NCBI RefSeq assembly: GCF_001194135.2
Contig: NC_068981.1
Coordinates: forward strand, 179,129,950 to 179,190,823
Length of the DNA stretch: 60,874 bases
DNA from: Octopus bimaculoides
Lineage: Eukaryota
Reading direction: 5' to 3'
In this document: piece after piece, positions 25,041 through 37,518 of the stretch
How positions within the stretch are numbered: the first letter of the stretch is position 1
Layout of the letters: each line of letters begins with the position of its first letter
The notes under the pieces: generated by a model
What the model was told of the DNA's origin: nothing
What the model saw: only the letters and a program-made list of their open reading frames with translations
Databases searched by the model: none
Made by a program: the position numbers and the translations under genes

Positions 25041-26157
25041 AGTCTTACTACTACTACTACTACTACTACTACTAGTAGTAGTAGTAGTAGTCACAAAGAA
25101 AATAATTGCAACAATAATAATAAGAAAAATAGATTATAATAATTATTGTTATGATTTCTCAATAAGAATAATCATTATATTTGCTATACGAGAGATACAG
25201 CCACATGTATTGCTTACTATACAAAATTTACACAAGTGTGCAAGATCATACAATAACAAACATCAAGTGATGGTATAAATACAAAATATATGGTGTACAT
25301 ATATGTATGGATATATGCATATATTTATATATTATTTATATTATTATATGATCGAACGCCACGCATCCTTTTCCAAATAAGTTTTATCTTAATAATTACG
25401 ATGCGCTCTCTCCTACTATCTCTTCTCTGTCTATCTCTCTCCGTCACTTCTTCATCCTTTCTGTTTTTCTCTCCCACCCTTTTCCTATTATTTTCTCCAT
25501 TTCACCGTTCCCTCTCTCTCTCTTACTCTTCCTCCTTGTCTCTCTCGTCGTTGACACGTGACGAAAGGGGATCTTTCTTTCTGTCCATTTCCTTCCTAAA
25601 GAAAAGACGTGCTTCGCTTGTCTCATTCGTGGTTCGTCTACCTAGCGTTCATAATAATTTTTCTATCGTCTTGGCTCAACATCCCTCACCGTTTGTTTTT
25701 ACTGTCTTGTTCTTGTTAACACTTTCATCCTCCGCAAAAAAATCCCAAATTTTATTTAATTTGCTTTGCGGGAAGGACTGTTTCAACGAAGTCGCGTATT
25801 GTCCTTGCCTTCGAACGCGGAGTAGATGAAACAGGGACAATGTATGGATATATGCATATATTTATGTATCATTTATATNNNNNNNNNNNNNNNNNNNNNN
25901 NNNNNNNNNNNNNNNNNNNNNNNNNNNNNNNNNNNNNNNNNNNNNNNNNNNNNNNNNNNNNNNNNNNNNNNNNNNNNNNNNNNNNNNNNNNNNNNNNNNN
26001 NNNNNNNNNNNNNNNNNNNNNNNNNNNNNNNNNNNNNNNNNNNNNNNNNNNNNNNNNNNNNNNNNNNNNNTATGGTTCAAATGTACAGAAAACAAAAGAC
26101 AGGGGCAAGTGTATTATTTTGACGGTTAGAGAAAAATGAAGTTATATATATATATAG

Positions 26158-26292
26158 CAACAGGCGTAACTGTGTAGTAGGAAGTTTGCCTCCCAACCAC
26201 ATGGTTCCAGGTTCCGACCCACTGTGTGGCAAATTGCGCCGCTACAGAGCCTTGTGAGAGGGATTTTGGAGGCATACACTGAAAGAAGCCCG

Positions 26293-26295
<3 letters not shown>
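26158..26295 (+). mobile_element. SINE family A, head ending in (TA)n
   Basis: CCCAACCACATGGTTCCAGGTTCC..ACTGAAAGAAGCCCGTT(AT)n. Confidence 0.85.
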
Positions 26296-26326
<31 letters not shown>

Positions 26327-26861
26327 CTGTGTGTCTGCGCGCGCGCGCACGCGTTTGTTCTTGTTCATGTGCCTCTTTGTGTACGGTGTTGGTGTGTTTA
26401 CTCTGTAACTTAGCAGTCCTTATAGAATGATTATCAGCTTTAAAAACGGTACTGGGGTACATTCGTTCGATTGAAATTCTTAAAAGGCGATGCCTCAGGA
26501 TGGCTGAAGGCTAATAACTGAAACAAGTAGAAGATAAAGTATACACATATATATCATTATAAAAAGCAAAGTTTGTTTGTTTGTACGTTGACTGCTGAAA
26601 GCACTAAATAAAATTGATAAAATTTCAGGTCCTTTGTGTCATTTACATTAATTCGATCGACTTGGTGGTGTATTGGCTCCTATTTCTAGCAAGCCACGCA
26701 CTGTCTATGTCACCGTATTATTTTTTATACAGTGAGAAAATACTCCACCTATCACTTAATCTAGCTCCAACCTTCTCTAAGTTTACGCATTACATTTATT
26801 CTTTTGAAGTCGTCGCCTGCTTTCTCTCGTCTATATGTCTCTCTCTATGTCTCTATCCCTC

Positions 26862-26903
<42 letters not shown>

Positions 26904-27488
26904 TGGTTGTATATGTGTCTCTCTGTCTTACTACCTCTACCTCTTTTTCTCGGTAGAGTAAAAATACGTAAGACAGAAAATATTGCATAACATAGTTTAA
27001 AGGGGGTCACGGAGAAAAAAACAAGTGAGACGCCGGACCTCTGCTTTGTTTCTGTCTATATGTCCCTCTCTCTGTCTCTCTGTCTCTCTGTCTCTCTGTC
27101 TCTCTGTCTCTCTGTCTCTCTCTGTCTCTCACTGTCTCTCTCTGTCTGTCTCTCTCTCTCTCTCTCTCTCGCTCTGGTTGTATGTGTCTCTTTCTCATTA
27201 CCTCTACCTGTTTTTCTCTCTAGAGTAAAAATACGTCCGACAGATAGAAAAGAGTTTAAGGAGAAAAAACAAGTAAGACAGAGGGGTGAAGTGGTGGCAG
27301 TATAAATTAATAGACATTAGAGGTTGTGGTGGTAGTATTCGTAGCACAATTTAGATATTCTAAATAAATGTTTAAAATTATGTTATGCAATACTGAAATA
27401 CCTTTTAACAACTTTTATGGTAAGGAAAACGGGCATTACAATAGATGCCACTATGTGCCTTATGAATACATTTAAGCACCGTACAGGT

Positions 27489-27515
27489 CGGACCGAGGAC
27501 CGGGAGGCTCACTAG
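27489..27515 (+). mobile_element. Possible Helitron 3' terminus
   Basis: CGGACCGAGGACCG imperfect palindrome, 9 nt, then CTAG. The next base is G, not the expected T. Confidence 0.35.
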
Positions 27516-27779
27516 GACATATATATATATATACGTGTTCTTTCTGAAGAATTTCTTGTCGGATATGTCTTAAATGTTTCTCTAACATGTGCAATTTTGC
27601 AACTCCGATTAGGAAACGAAACACGTGTAATGCTAAATAAAAAATAAAAATGTTTTACAATCTCGTGTATTTTCCAGTATTTTCCAGTATTTTCTTATGC
27701 ATACCTCAGACAAATATAATATGCTGGGAAACGTCTTGTAGGGTTTAGTCGGAAAATTCGGTATCTGTACTTATTTCTA

Positions 27780-28110
27780 AATACGGTACTTATTCTTTAG
27801 GTCTCTTTAGCCGAGGCGCTGAGCTACAGGGACGTAAACAAACCGTCACCGTTTGTCGATCGGTGTCGAAACAAATACAAAGACTCACAAATCCGCGCGC
27901 GCGTGCACACACACATCACACACAGACACACACTAACACACGCGCACACGAACACGCACACACACAAACATACAAAGGGATTCCTCAAAGTTTCTGTCTT
28001 CCAAATTCACTTACAAGGTATGAATCGGCCTGGGGCTGTAAATTCTTGGCCAATGTGCTGGTGCAATGAGTCGGAACACGAACCTGAAACCACATGGTTG
28101 TAAAGAGAGC
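27780..28110 (-). mobile_element. SINE family A, diverged, with internal CA-rich tract
   Basis: Tail remnant at 27780-27870 and head remnant (GAACCTGAAACCACATGGTTG) at 28030-28110. Confidence 0.7.
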
Positions 28111-29731
28111 TTCTTCTGCCACTATTGCTGCTAGGGCCATCTTTCATACTTTCTAGGGTTAAGCAAATAGGAAATAGCAGTTACTACCCAAGGACAAAAG
28201 TCGCGTTACACAGTGTTACAGGATCTCATTACCAAATAAGAAAATCGTTATTTGAATAAGCTGTCTATATATCTCTAAACTTCTATGTATTCATATCATA
28301 TTCACAAATAGCCTTTCAGCAAGATATATTCTGTATATCTGTACTCTTTCATGTAAAATACGGAAATAAATTTAGTAAGACAAACTTAAACACAAGCACA
28401 CCCAAACATCAGCACCTACTTTCTCCCTCAAGGACACAGATATAATTAACCATTAGAAAAACACAGAAAATACTAATGTTTATGAAGGAACGGTTAAGCC
28501 GACTGGATACACTTCAGAATAGTTTTGTTATTTAATTGATGATGGACCCTGATAAGCTTAATAGGTGATTTGAATTCACAAAAGTAAAGCACGAATACGA
28601 CTACCCTACTTCGGTCGATATATATATATAGCTATATCAATTTCTCTATCTTTCTCTCTCTCTATATATATATCACACACACATATATATATATATATGA
28701 TATATATATGATATATATATATANNNNNNNNNNNNNNNNNNNNNNNNNNNNNNNNNNNNNNNNNNNNNNNNNNNNNNNNNNNNNNNNNNNNNNNNNNNNN
28801 NNNNNNNNNNNNNNNNNNNNNNNNNNNNNNNNNNNNNNNNNNNNNNNNNNNNNNNNNNNNNNNNNNNNNNNNNNNNNNNNNNNNNNNNNNNNNNNNNNNN
28901 NNNNNNNNNNNNNNNNNNNNNNNNNNNNNNNNNNNNNNNNNNNNNNNNNNNNNNNNNNNNNNNNNNNNNNNNNNNNNNNNNNNNNNNNNNNNNNNNNNNN
29001 NNNNNNNNNNNNNNNNNNNNNNNNNNNNNNNNNNNNNNNNNNNNNNNNNNNNNNNNNNNNNNNNNNNNNNNNNNNNNNNNNNNNNNNNNNNNNNNNNNNN
29101 NNNNNNNNNNNNNNNNNNNNNNNNNNNNNNNNNNNNNNNNNNNNNNNNNNNNNNNNNNNNNNNNNNNNNNNNNNNNNNNNNNNNNNNNNNNNNNNNNNNN
29201 NNNNNNNNNNNNNNNNNNNNNNNNNNNNNNNNNNNNNNNNNNNNNNNNNNNNNNNNNNNNNNNNNNNNNNNNNNNNNNNNNNNNNNNNNNNNNNNNNNNN
29301 NNNNNNNNNNNNNNNNNNNNNNNNNNNNNNNNNNNNNNNNNNNNNNNNNNNNNNNNNNNNNNNNNNNNNNNNNNNNNNNNNNNNNNNNNNNNNNNNNNNN
29401 NNNNNNNNNNNNNNNNNNNNNNNNNNNNNNNNNNNNNNNNNNNNNNNNNNNNNNNNNNNNNNNNNNNNNNNNNNNNNNNNNNNNNNNNNNNNNNNNNNNN
29501 NNNNNNNNNNNNNNNNNNNNNNNNNNNNNNNNNNNNNNNNNNNNNNNNNNNNNNNNNNNNNNNNNNNNNNNNNNNNNNNNNNNNNNNNNNNNNNNNNNNN
29601 NNNNNNNNNNNNNNNNNNNNNNTGAAGATATATACAGATAAACTTCATTCCCTTTACTCTGTCGGACACGTAGTGTGTTCGTTTTTGGTGAGGTGAGAAT
29701 TCTGTTTATTTGTATATATTTTTGGGACAAT

Positions 29732-29793
29732 ACTGTGCTGATGAACGAAATCTAGATTCATTCTAGTAATCGCGAAATCGGCCGATACACAGT
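29732..29793 (+). ncRNA. Type I hammerhead ribozyme motif, canonical core, long helix II
   Basis: ACTGTG-CTGATGA-[CGA..CTAGA/TCTAG..TCG]-GAAA-TCGGCCGA-TA-CACAGT. Helix I is 6 bp, helix III is the palindrome ATCGGCCGAT, cleavage triplet AUA. Confidence 0.85.
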
Positions 29794-30231
29794 TAAGTTT
29801 ATTTAAAAGAAAGTTGGTCGTCTTCTGTTGGTTGTTTTTCCTCGCATTAGGTACTAAATGTGGTTATTTTGAGAAGTCCACTGTGTGGCGTTATTATTTT
29901 CTGTAATAATGCCCTTTATATAAATATCATATATATATATATATAAAACCAAGAGAGTTAGGAGTTGTGAATCCAATCCACTAAGGGATAATATCTATAC
30001 AATATACTGCGGAATGAGGCATGTCAACACTAGACTGAAACAGCTGTAAGTCATTATCCCATTTTCTGTCACTATATGTCCTTTTTTTAATTACTGATAT
30101 GGCATAGTATGTCGCATGTGTTTATATATTGTTATTATTGTCCTTTTAGTTAACAAATAAACAGGTAAATTGACTCAATACAATGTCTGAAAGTTGATGA
30201 ATACCACCTATTCCCCTCCATTTTCTTATTG

Positions 30232-30269
<38 letters not shown>

Positions 30270-31039
30270 TATATTGCTTGTAGAATTACGTATAAATAGA
30301 CATATATACATACATACAGACTGACAAACAGGAAGAGGGAAGGATGAAGAGAGAGAGGGAGAGGGAGAGGGAGAGAATGTGAATGCGTGCATGTTATTAT
30401 TTACGCCTACTAAGAGGTGTGAGTTTTAATTGTCTGGTGATACTTGTCTGTGTAAATATTTATCAGTAATCTTAAATTAGAAAAAAATATCATCTTCAAC
30501 GATTGTCTCAATTGAATAAACAGAATGTCGTCTTATTTGTTTGTCCTAGCAATTTTCTTTTCCCAGTCTGAGATGACTGTATCAGAGTAGCAATCATTTC
30601 TTGCAATGCTTTACGATGAAAATTTGTGTTGTTACCAATAATTATCACTAACCTAACAATATGACACCTTTCTCTTGTCCAAAATCATTAGCAGTATGAA
30701 GTGAACATTTCCTTCGTGGATTTAACATCTCAAGAGATATTTTTTTCTCCAAGATCTATTATTACTTGTAGAATTCATTTTCTAGAAAATGGTAAAATTC
30801 TAATTCGCACTCTAACACTGAAAATTATTGACGTGATCTTTATATATCATTTTCCTGATCTCTAATTAAGAAATTCATGTTCGTTCATTCTTCAGACATA
30901 GGATATACTAAAACCATTAATTGCTATAGAAATTCTCGGTAACAGAATCAAAATATAAGGAGTATATAGATATGAATATTATTAACCCAATTCGGTATTG
31001 AACAGTCTTTCGGATTATCTCTTCTCCTTTATCTCTTAG

Positions 31040-31225
31040 TTGCTACTGTTTTTGGACCGCAGCCATGCTGGAGTACCACCTCTAAACGTTTAGTTGAACA
31101 AATGGCCCCTGCTACCTATTTTAAAGCTTGGTATTTATTCTATCGGGGTCACTTTTTGCCGCATCACTAAGTCACAGAGATGTAAACAATCCAAAACTGG
31201 TTGCCAAGTGGTGGTGGGTGAAAAA
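31040..31225 (-). mobile_element. SINE family A, tail
   Basis: CGCAGCCATGCTGGAGTACCACC..TATTCTATCGGGGTCACTTTTTGCC. Confidence 0.75.
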
Positions 31226-31242
31226 TACAAACACAAAGACAC

Positions 31243-31432
31243 ACCTACCTACCTACCTACCTACCTACCTACCTACCTACCTACCTACCTACCAGCCTGC
31301 CTACTTACCTACCTACCTACCTATCTACCTACCTGCCTACCTACCTACCTACCTACCTACCTATTTACCAGCCTGCCTACTTACCTGCCTGCCTACCTAC
31401 CTACCTACCTACCTACCTACCTACCTACCTAT
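31243..31432. repeat. (CCTA)n microsatellite with CCTG variants
   Basis: Direct reading. Confidence 0.95.
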
Positions 31433-31507
31433 TACAATCTTGTAATCTCCATATCTTGTTCTATCAGTGGTGGGAGCGAAGTTTTAGATGTTATTTTGTA
31501 GATTTTT

Positions 31508-31790
31508 AAGGTGGTGGTCCAGCAGAATCGTTACCACGCCGGGTAAAATGCTGCTAAGCATTTCATTCGTCTTTACGTTCCGAGTTTAAATTCCTCTGAG
31601 GTCGACTTAACGCTATTATCCAGTGTTATAATTGTTTGTAATGAATTTCTTCATCATTTTCGTAATTTCGTTCAAGATCTACACTTCCAGGTTGGTAAAA
31701 TAAGTACCAGTTACACACTGGGATCGATGTAATAAATTTACCCCTACCCACGAACTTCCTGGCCTTGTGCCAAAATTTGAAACCATTGTT
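31508..31790 (+). mobile_element. SINE family B (tail type 2) with an altered middle
   Basis: Head CAGAATCGTTACCACGCCGGG and tail CCTTGTGCCAAAATTTGAAACC. Confidence 0.8.
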
Positions 31791-32097
31791 TTGCTTATTT
31801 CTCCCCCCTCCCAAAAAAGCACCCCCATGTAACTACTTTTTTAAAGTATCACTGGAAACTGGCGACTACAGAGTTGCGGTGTGATGAACATGAAGAACGT
31901 CGGTTCTAACTCATACCGGATGATAGAACAATATGAGATATCATCCCGAAACCTTTATTTTCAACCGGAAAGTAAATATCAAAACAGGCTTGTGAAATTT
32001 GTTTTTAGTTGGAACACACTATTTGTAATTACATAAATATTTATGCGAGGTAGACTTGCGCTGGAATTATTAGCCCGTCCCTTGAAACTATTTGACC

Positions 32098-32315
32098 CAA
32101 CTGGCAGAATCGTTGCCGTACCGGAAGAAAAGCTTAGAGGTGTTTCTTCCAAATCTACATTCTGAGTTCAAATTCCAACGAGATCAACTTTATCTTTCAT
32201 CCTTTCGGGGTCGATAAAAGTACGTACCAGTTGAGTTGAGCACTAGGGATCGATGTAATCGAATTGCTCCCTCCCCCGAAATTGCTGACCTTGTGCCAAA
32301 ATTTGAACCCAATAT
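32098..32315 (+). mobile_element. SINE family B (tail type 2)
   Basis: CTGGCAGAATCG..CATCCTTTCGGGGTCGATAAA..CCTTGTGCCAAAATTTGAA. Confidence 0.88.
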
Positions 32316-32875
32316 TTCTTTAACTTATTATTCTTTAATTTATTATTTCTCTCAACATGAATGTGTTGAGAAAAATGATATTTTCTGATTTTTTTCAACA
32401 CTTAAATAGAACATGATTCTAGTTAATGACCTACATAAAACCAAGCTTGGTAACATACTGCCAGAATGCTTCATCTTTATCGTATAAAATTGTATTTTTT
32501 TCTTTCCTGAATATTCGTGTAAAAATACTCATTCACATGATGTACGCTATTAAAAGAAAGTTTAGTCGAAACACATAATTCTAAGTCACGCATAGGCATA
32601 TGAACCAATTTGGAAGATTTATATAATGCAGAAATCATCGAGATGCACTTTAAATTTGATAAATAATGGAAAATACTGATATAGGTATAAATAATACCTG
32701 TATTAGTTCTATGCCATGGAATTGGTTTACAATTATTTTATATTGTATTACAAGGGAAAACCAATAATATAGCCGTCAGAATCAAAAGTTTGAAGAATTG
32801 TCTTCTTTGATCTTTAAAAGGAAATAACATAAATCGAAACAAAAATATAAAGATAATAAATAAAACGAAATAAAA

Positions 32876-33006
32876 ATGGAACATTGTAAGGAATCAGATT
32901 TAAAGTGGTTCTTATATTCAAAGAGTGTTTTCTGGAAGTTGATATTCATTCTAATGTGGGGAATTTGTTCCAGAAGTTTACTATTGAAGGGAACAGGGCA
33001 TACGAG
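32876..33006 (+). CDS. Candidate first coding exon with a signal-peptide-like N-terminus (gene unidentified)
   Basis: AAAAATGG start with an in-frame upstream TAA. It encodes MEHCKESDLKWFLYSKSVFWKLIFILMWGICSRSLLLKGTGHT followed by a consensus donor AG|GTGAGT (phase 2). A weak acceptor lies at 32820. No downstream exon was found. Confidence 0.4.
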
Positions 33007-34711
33007 GTGAGTATTATCGGAAATAACGGTTTTATCAGCAAAATAAACAGACAAACTGTGAAATTAAAAACATCACATTGCTATCAACGTACTCATATAT
33101 CTTCCGGTAAGTTACGGAAAATAATTTTAAGTTCTTCGAGTAGTACTTCATTAATAATTTAATATGATATCTGAAATGGCAGGGGATTTAAATGAATTTT
33201 GTTTTAGCGAATAAGCCTAGATCATTTTTGCTAAATATTTTACTGCTATTTTGAAAGCAGTGTTGACGTTGTATTGTTTTTTCGAAAGTTCTTTTTTATG
33301 CTTGTGTCTTCGAAACATGTCTCATGATATTGTTTATAAAATAGATTAAATATAACAAAAACTTTAAAATATCATAATTTCAGCTTTTTCCATCTGAACC
33401 GTTTATTATTTTCCTCAAAGATCCAAAATTATTATTACTTTGGTTCAAAAGAATCATACGTGATTATTTATACTTAAAACGTTCGAAACTTTCAAAATTT
33501 TTATCTATACAGTTTGTTTAGAAAATATATTTTCGTGACTTTGTGCAAAAGATTGGTATTAGAATATCGTTATAATTAGATTATTAGTACACAATTCCCT
33601 CAAACTTTTCATTTGTTTCATAAAATGTTGATAATAAATTGTTAGCTTTCGTGTATATTACTAGTGCATATATTTTACTCCAGTCGAAAATATTCCAAAT
33701 GTATATATAATCGAGAATGCTAATTTTTGAAATCCAATATCTTGCTAAACAAAGTAACGCTAGTCAGAGTGAAACCCAAAACGATAATATTTTAAGATCT
33801 GTGAATTTCAAGTATAGCAATTTTTTTTTACTGAAAAAATAATACTATTCAATATGCAAAAAATTAACCGTGTCAAAAATAATATTCTGAGGATTTAGTC
33901 GTAAAACGTGTTGTAACTCTTTATGCATGTTGATTTTGAACGAAACTACGAAAATGATGAAAAGTTCATTACAAAAAAGATAACACTGGGTAATATTTAA
34001 GTATCACAAAAAGTTAGATATAGAATATATTTATTAAACAACCGTAGGAGCTATCTACATTTTTCTGTTACAAATATATACACCAATATATTTAGGTGCA
34101 TTTAAATGTGCAAATACTTATATATTAAGTAATTGTATTAATGAGCTAGACTCGCTCTTTGTCGTTGTTACACATACGTTTGCTCGCTCACTGACACGCA
34201 CGAAGAGGCTCTGTTTCGCTTTCACATACATAAACATATATAAACCTACAAAGAAGTTATCATATGTCATCTAAATGATTTATTACATAGTGTGTATCAT
34301 GGGATGCAGAAGTGGATTTTTCCCCCAAAGGAAATAGTGGGATCTCAAAAATGTTTCATAAAAACTGCAACAACAGCATTAATTATGAAATCCACATGTA
34401 AACGCATGAAAATAGTTTGTTATGAATATATTTCAAGCAAGAAAAATATAAGAAAGAAACGGTTTGATGTAAACCAGAGGAGGACATAAAGATGGAAAAC
34501 AAGGAACGCAATTCTATCTGATAAGGAATCTTTATTTACTTATTTATTTTATTATTATTTTATTTTTTTGCCAATACACAAGTGAAAGAGATAAAATAGC
34601 AGAGACAAACGAGATCTTCAAAGAAGGGAAAAATAAGGCAAAAATAATATAAAAAAAATATTGCACAATCTATACTAATTCAGTCTCACTGGAGGCAGAG
34701 AGAAAGAGAGG

Positions 34712-34765
<54 letters not shown>

Positions 34766-35312
34766 AGAGAAAGGTAGAGAAAAAGAGAGAGAGTGAAATA
34801 CATTAAGATACTTGGAAAGGAACTAGGATAAGTAATATCATGTAGAGAGAAAAAAAAAAGAGATATAGAGAGATAAATACATTTAGATTGTTGAAAAGGG
34901 ACAGAGATAAGTTATAGTGGTGGTAGAGAGGGGGTAGACTAACAGACAAACAAAGAAAAAAAGATAAAGATGGAAGAAAAAAGAAAGACAGATACACGGA
35001 TTAGACAAAGATGGAATGGGAAATAGAGAGATAGAGAGATAAAACTCATAGACAGAAAGTTAAGGTGGATAGAAAAGAGGAGAGGCTAAAGAGTTTCAAT
35101 ATGGAAGACCTATATTGATAGAACCCTAGGTAGAACTACTGATGAGCAGATTGATAGATAGAGAATGAACAAAAAGAGAGTGGACTGGAGGATTGACGGA
35201 AATATATTTAAAGGCAGACGGTAAGAGAGTGTAGAGAAAGAGGGAAGAATGAAATGTTGGAGAGAGAGAGAGAGGGAGGTTATAAAGAGAGTGAGAGAGA
35301 GAACGAACAACT

Positions 35313-35345
<33 letters not shown>

Positions 35346-35372
35346 CAATGTAGATGAAAGGGAAGGCACGAT

Positions 35373-35404
<32 letters not shown>

Positions 35405-36225
35405 AATGTAGATGAAAGGGAAGGCACGATTTATAGTAAAGATAGAAAGAAAGAGTCTAGAAACAAATATTGCAACGGAAATAAAATATAAACTAATTTT
35501 TGAAAAAGTCTGTTGAGTGACTATCATTTCTGTCAACAGTTGATAACCAACCATAAATAGCGAACGTCTAGCTACTTCTCTACAGTCAAACAGTAAAAAA
35601 ACAACAACAATGACAAACACAAGATTATGTTAAACGCGTGAAGATGAGCTGGAGCTGTTTTCTGAGAAATAAAATACAAAGAAAAAGCAAAACAAAAACA
35701 AAAGCAAAACATAACAAGACAAAACAGAAAACAACAAAAAACAAAAATGCATTTATGCACTAAAGAAAAGATGAAGGAATTAATGTTTCAAGTTATAAAA
35801 TAACGTAATTTTTGAAGTTAAATGCTCTTTGCTAAAATTCAAGACTTAAAGCAATACTATTCACCAAAACTATGTGGAGTCTGCTTTTATATATCTAGGA
35901 ACGCACTAGGAACACTAAACAGTGAGTGCAAACAGAAATTGTTATTAGCTGTCTAGTAATACCAATAAATCATTAGATTAATGAATAATTCAGTTTAAGA
36001 AAAGCATGGGAGATAACTGCTGTTTTATAGTTAAGGGTAATTAGAAATAAGACTGTCGGCTAAGCAATTGCGATTCAGTTTGATCTCATGGTGTATGCTT
36101 TATTTCGTACTCCATATAATTCTGTAAGTTTCAATACAAGGATAAGGGACAGATTATCGACGTAAGCACGATATGCTCAGACAATTTGATTAAACAGTTC
36201 ATACAGAGGCCTGTACTAACATAGC

Positions 36226-36274
36226 ATGTGGAGGCGTAATGGCCCAGTGGTTAGGGCAGCGGACTCGCGGTCAT
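36226..36274 (+). mobile_element. SINE family C, head running into a gap
   Basis: Near-identical to the first 48 bp of 23807-24196. Confidence 0.9.
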
Positions 36275-37233
36275 NNNNNNNNNNNNNNNNNNNNNNNNNN
36301 NNNNNNNNNNNNNNNNNNNNNNNNNNNNNNNNNNNNNNNNNNNNNNNNNNNNNNNNNNNNNNNNNNNNNNNNNNNNNNNNNNNNNNNNNNNNNNNNNNNN
36401 NNNNNNNNNNNNNNNNNNNNNNNNNNNNNNNNNNNNNNNNNNNNNNNNNNNNNNNNNNNNNNNNNNNNNNNNNNNNNNNNNNNNNNNNNNNNNNNNNNNN
36501 NNNNNNNNNNNNNNNNNNNNNNNNNNNNNNNNNNNNNNNNNNNNNNNNNNNNNNNNNNNNNNNNNNNNNNNNNNNNNNNNNNNNNNNNNNNNNNNNNNNN
36601 NNNNNNNNNNNNNNNNNNNNNNNNNNNNNNNNNNNNNNNNNNNNNNNNNNNNNNNNNNNNNNNNNNNNNNNNNNNNNNNNNNNNNNNNNNNNNNNNNNNN
36701 NNNNNNNNNNNNNNNNNNNNNNNNNNNNNNNNNNNNNNNNNNNNNNNNNNNNNNNNNNNNNNNNNNNNNNNNNNNNNNNNNNNNNNNNNNNNNNNNNNNN
36801 NNNNNNNNNNNNNNNNNNNNNNNNNNNNNNNNNNNNNNNNNNNNNNNNNNNNNNNNNNNNNNNNNNNNNNNNNNNNNNNNNNNNNNNNNNNNNNNNNNNN
36901 NNNNNNNNNNNNNNNNNNNNNNNNNNNNNNNNNNNNNNNNNNNNNNNNNNNNNNNNNNNNNNNNNNNNNNNNNNNNNNNNNNNNNNNNNNNNNNNNNNNN
37001 NNNNNNNNNNNNNNNNNNNNNNNNNNNNNNNNNNNNNNNNNNNNNNNNNNNNNNNNNNNNNNNNNNNNNNNNNNNNNNNNNNNNNNNNNNNNNNNNNNNN
37101 NNNNNNNNNNNNNNNNNNNNNNNNNNNNNNNNNNNNNNNNNNNNNNNNNNNNNNNNNNNNNNNNNNNNNNNNNNNNNNNNNNNNNNNNNNNNNNNNNNNN
37201 NNNNNNNNNNNNNNTATATATATAAATATATAT

Positions 37234-37518
37234 AACCGCTAAGTTACGGGGACGTAAACACACCAACACCGGTTGTCAATGTTTATAAATATATATATAT
37301 ATATATATGTTGTGTTTCTGTGTTTGTCCCCCCATCATCGCTTGACAACCGATTTTGGTGTGTTTACGTCCCCGTAACTTAGCGGGTCGGCAAAAGAACC
37401 GATAGAATAAGTACTATGCTTACAAAGAATAAGTCCTCGAGTCGATTTGTTCTACTAAAGGTGGAGCTCCAGCATGGGCGCAGCGAAATGACTGAAACAA
37501 GTAAAAGAGTAAAAGAAT
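37234..37518. mobile_element. Two SINE family A tail segments in opposite orientation
   Basis: 37234-37279 (-) and 37310-37518 (+) flank an (AT)n tract. Confidence 0.9.

Noticed and set aside
28590-28606. GCACGAATACGACT shared with the reverse complement near 54347-54360
   Set aside because: A 14-mer with one mismatch is expected by chance at this scale, and the flanks do not align.
35320-35430. Exact tandem copy of (GA)n-GCAATGTAGATGAAAGGGAAGGCACGATT
   Set aside because: It is bounded by (GA)n and identical, so simple slippage or an assembly artefact is likely.
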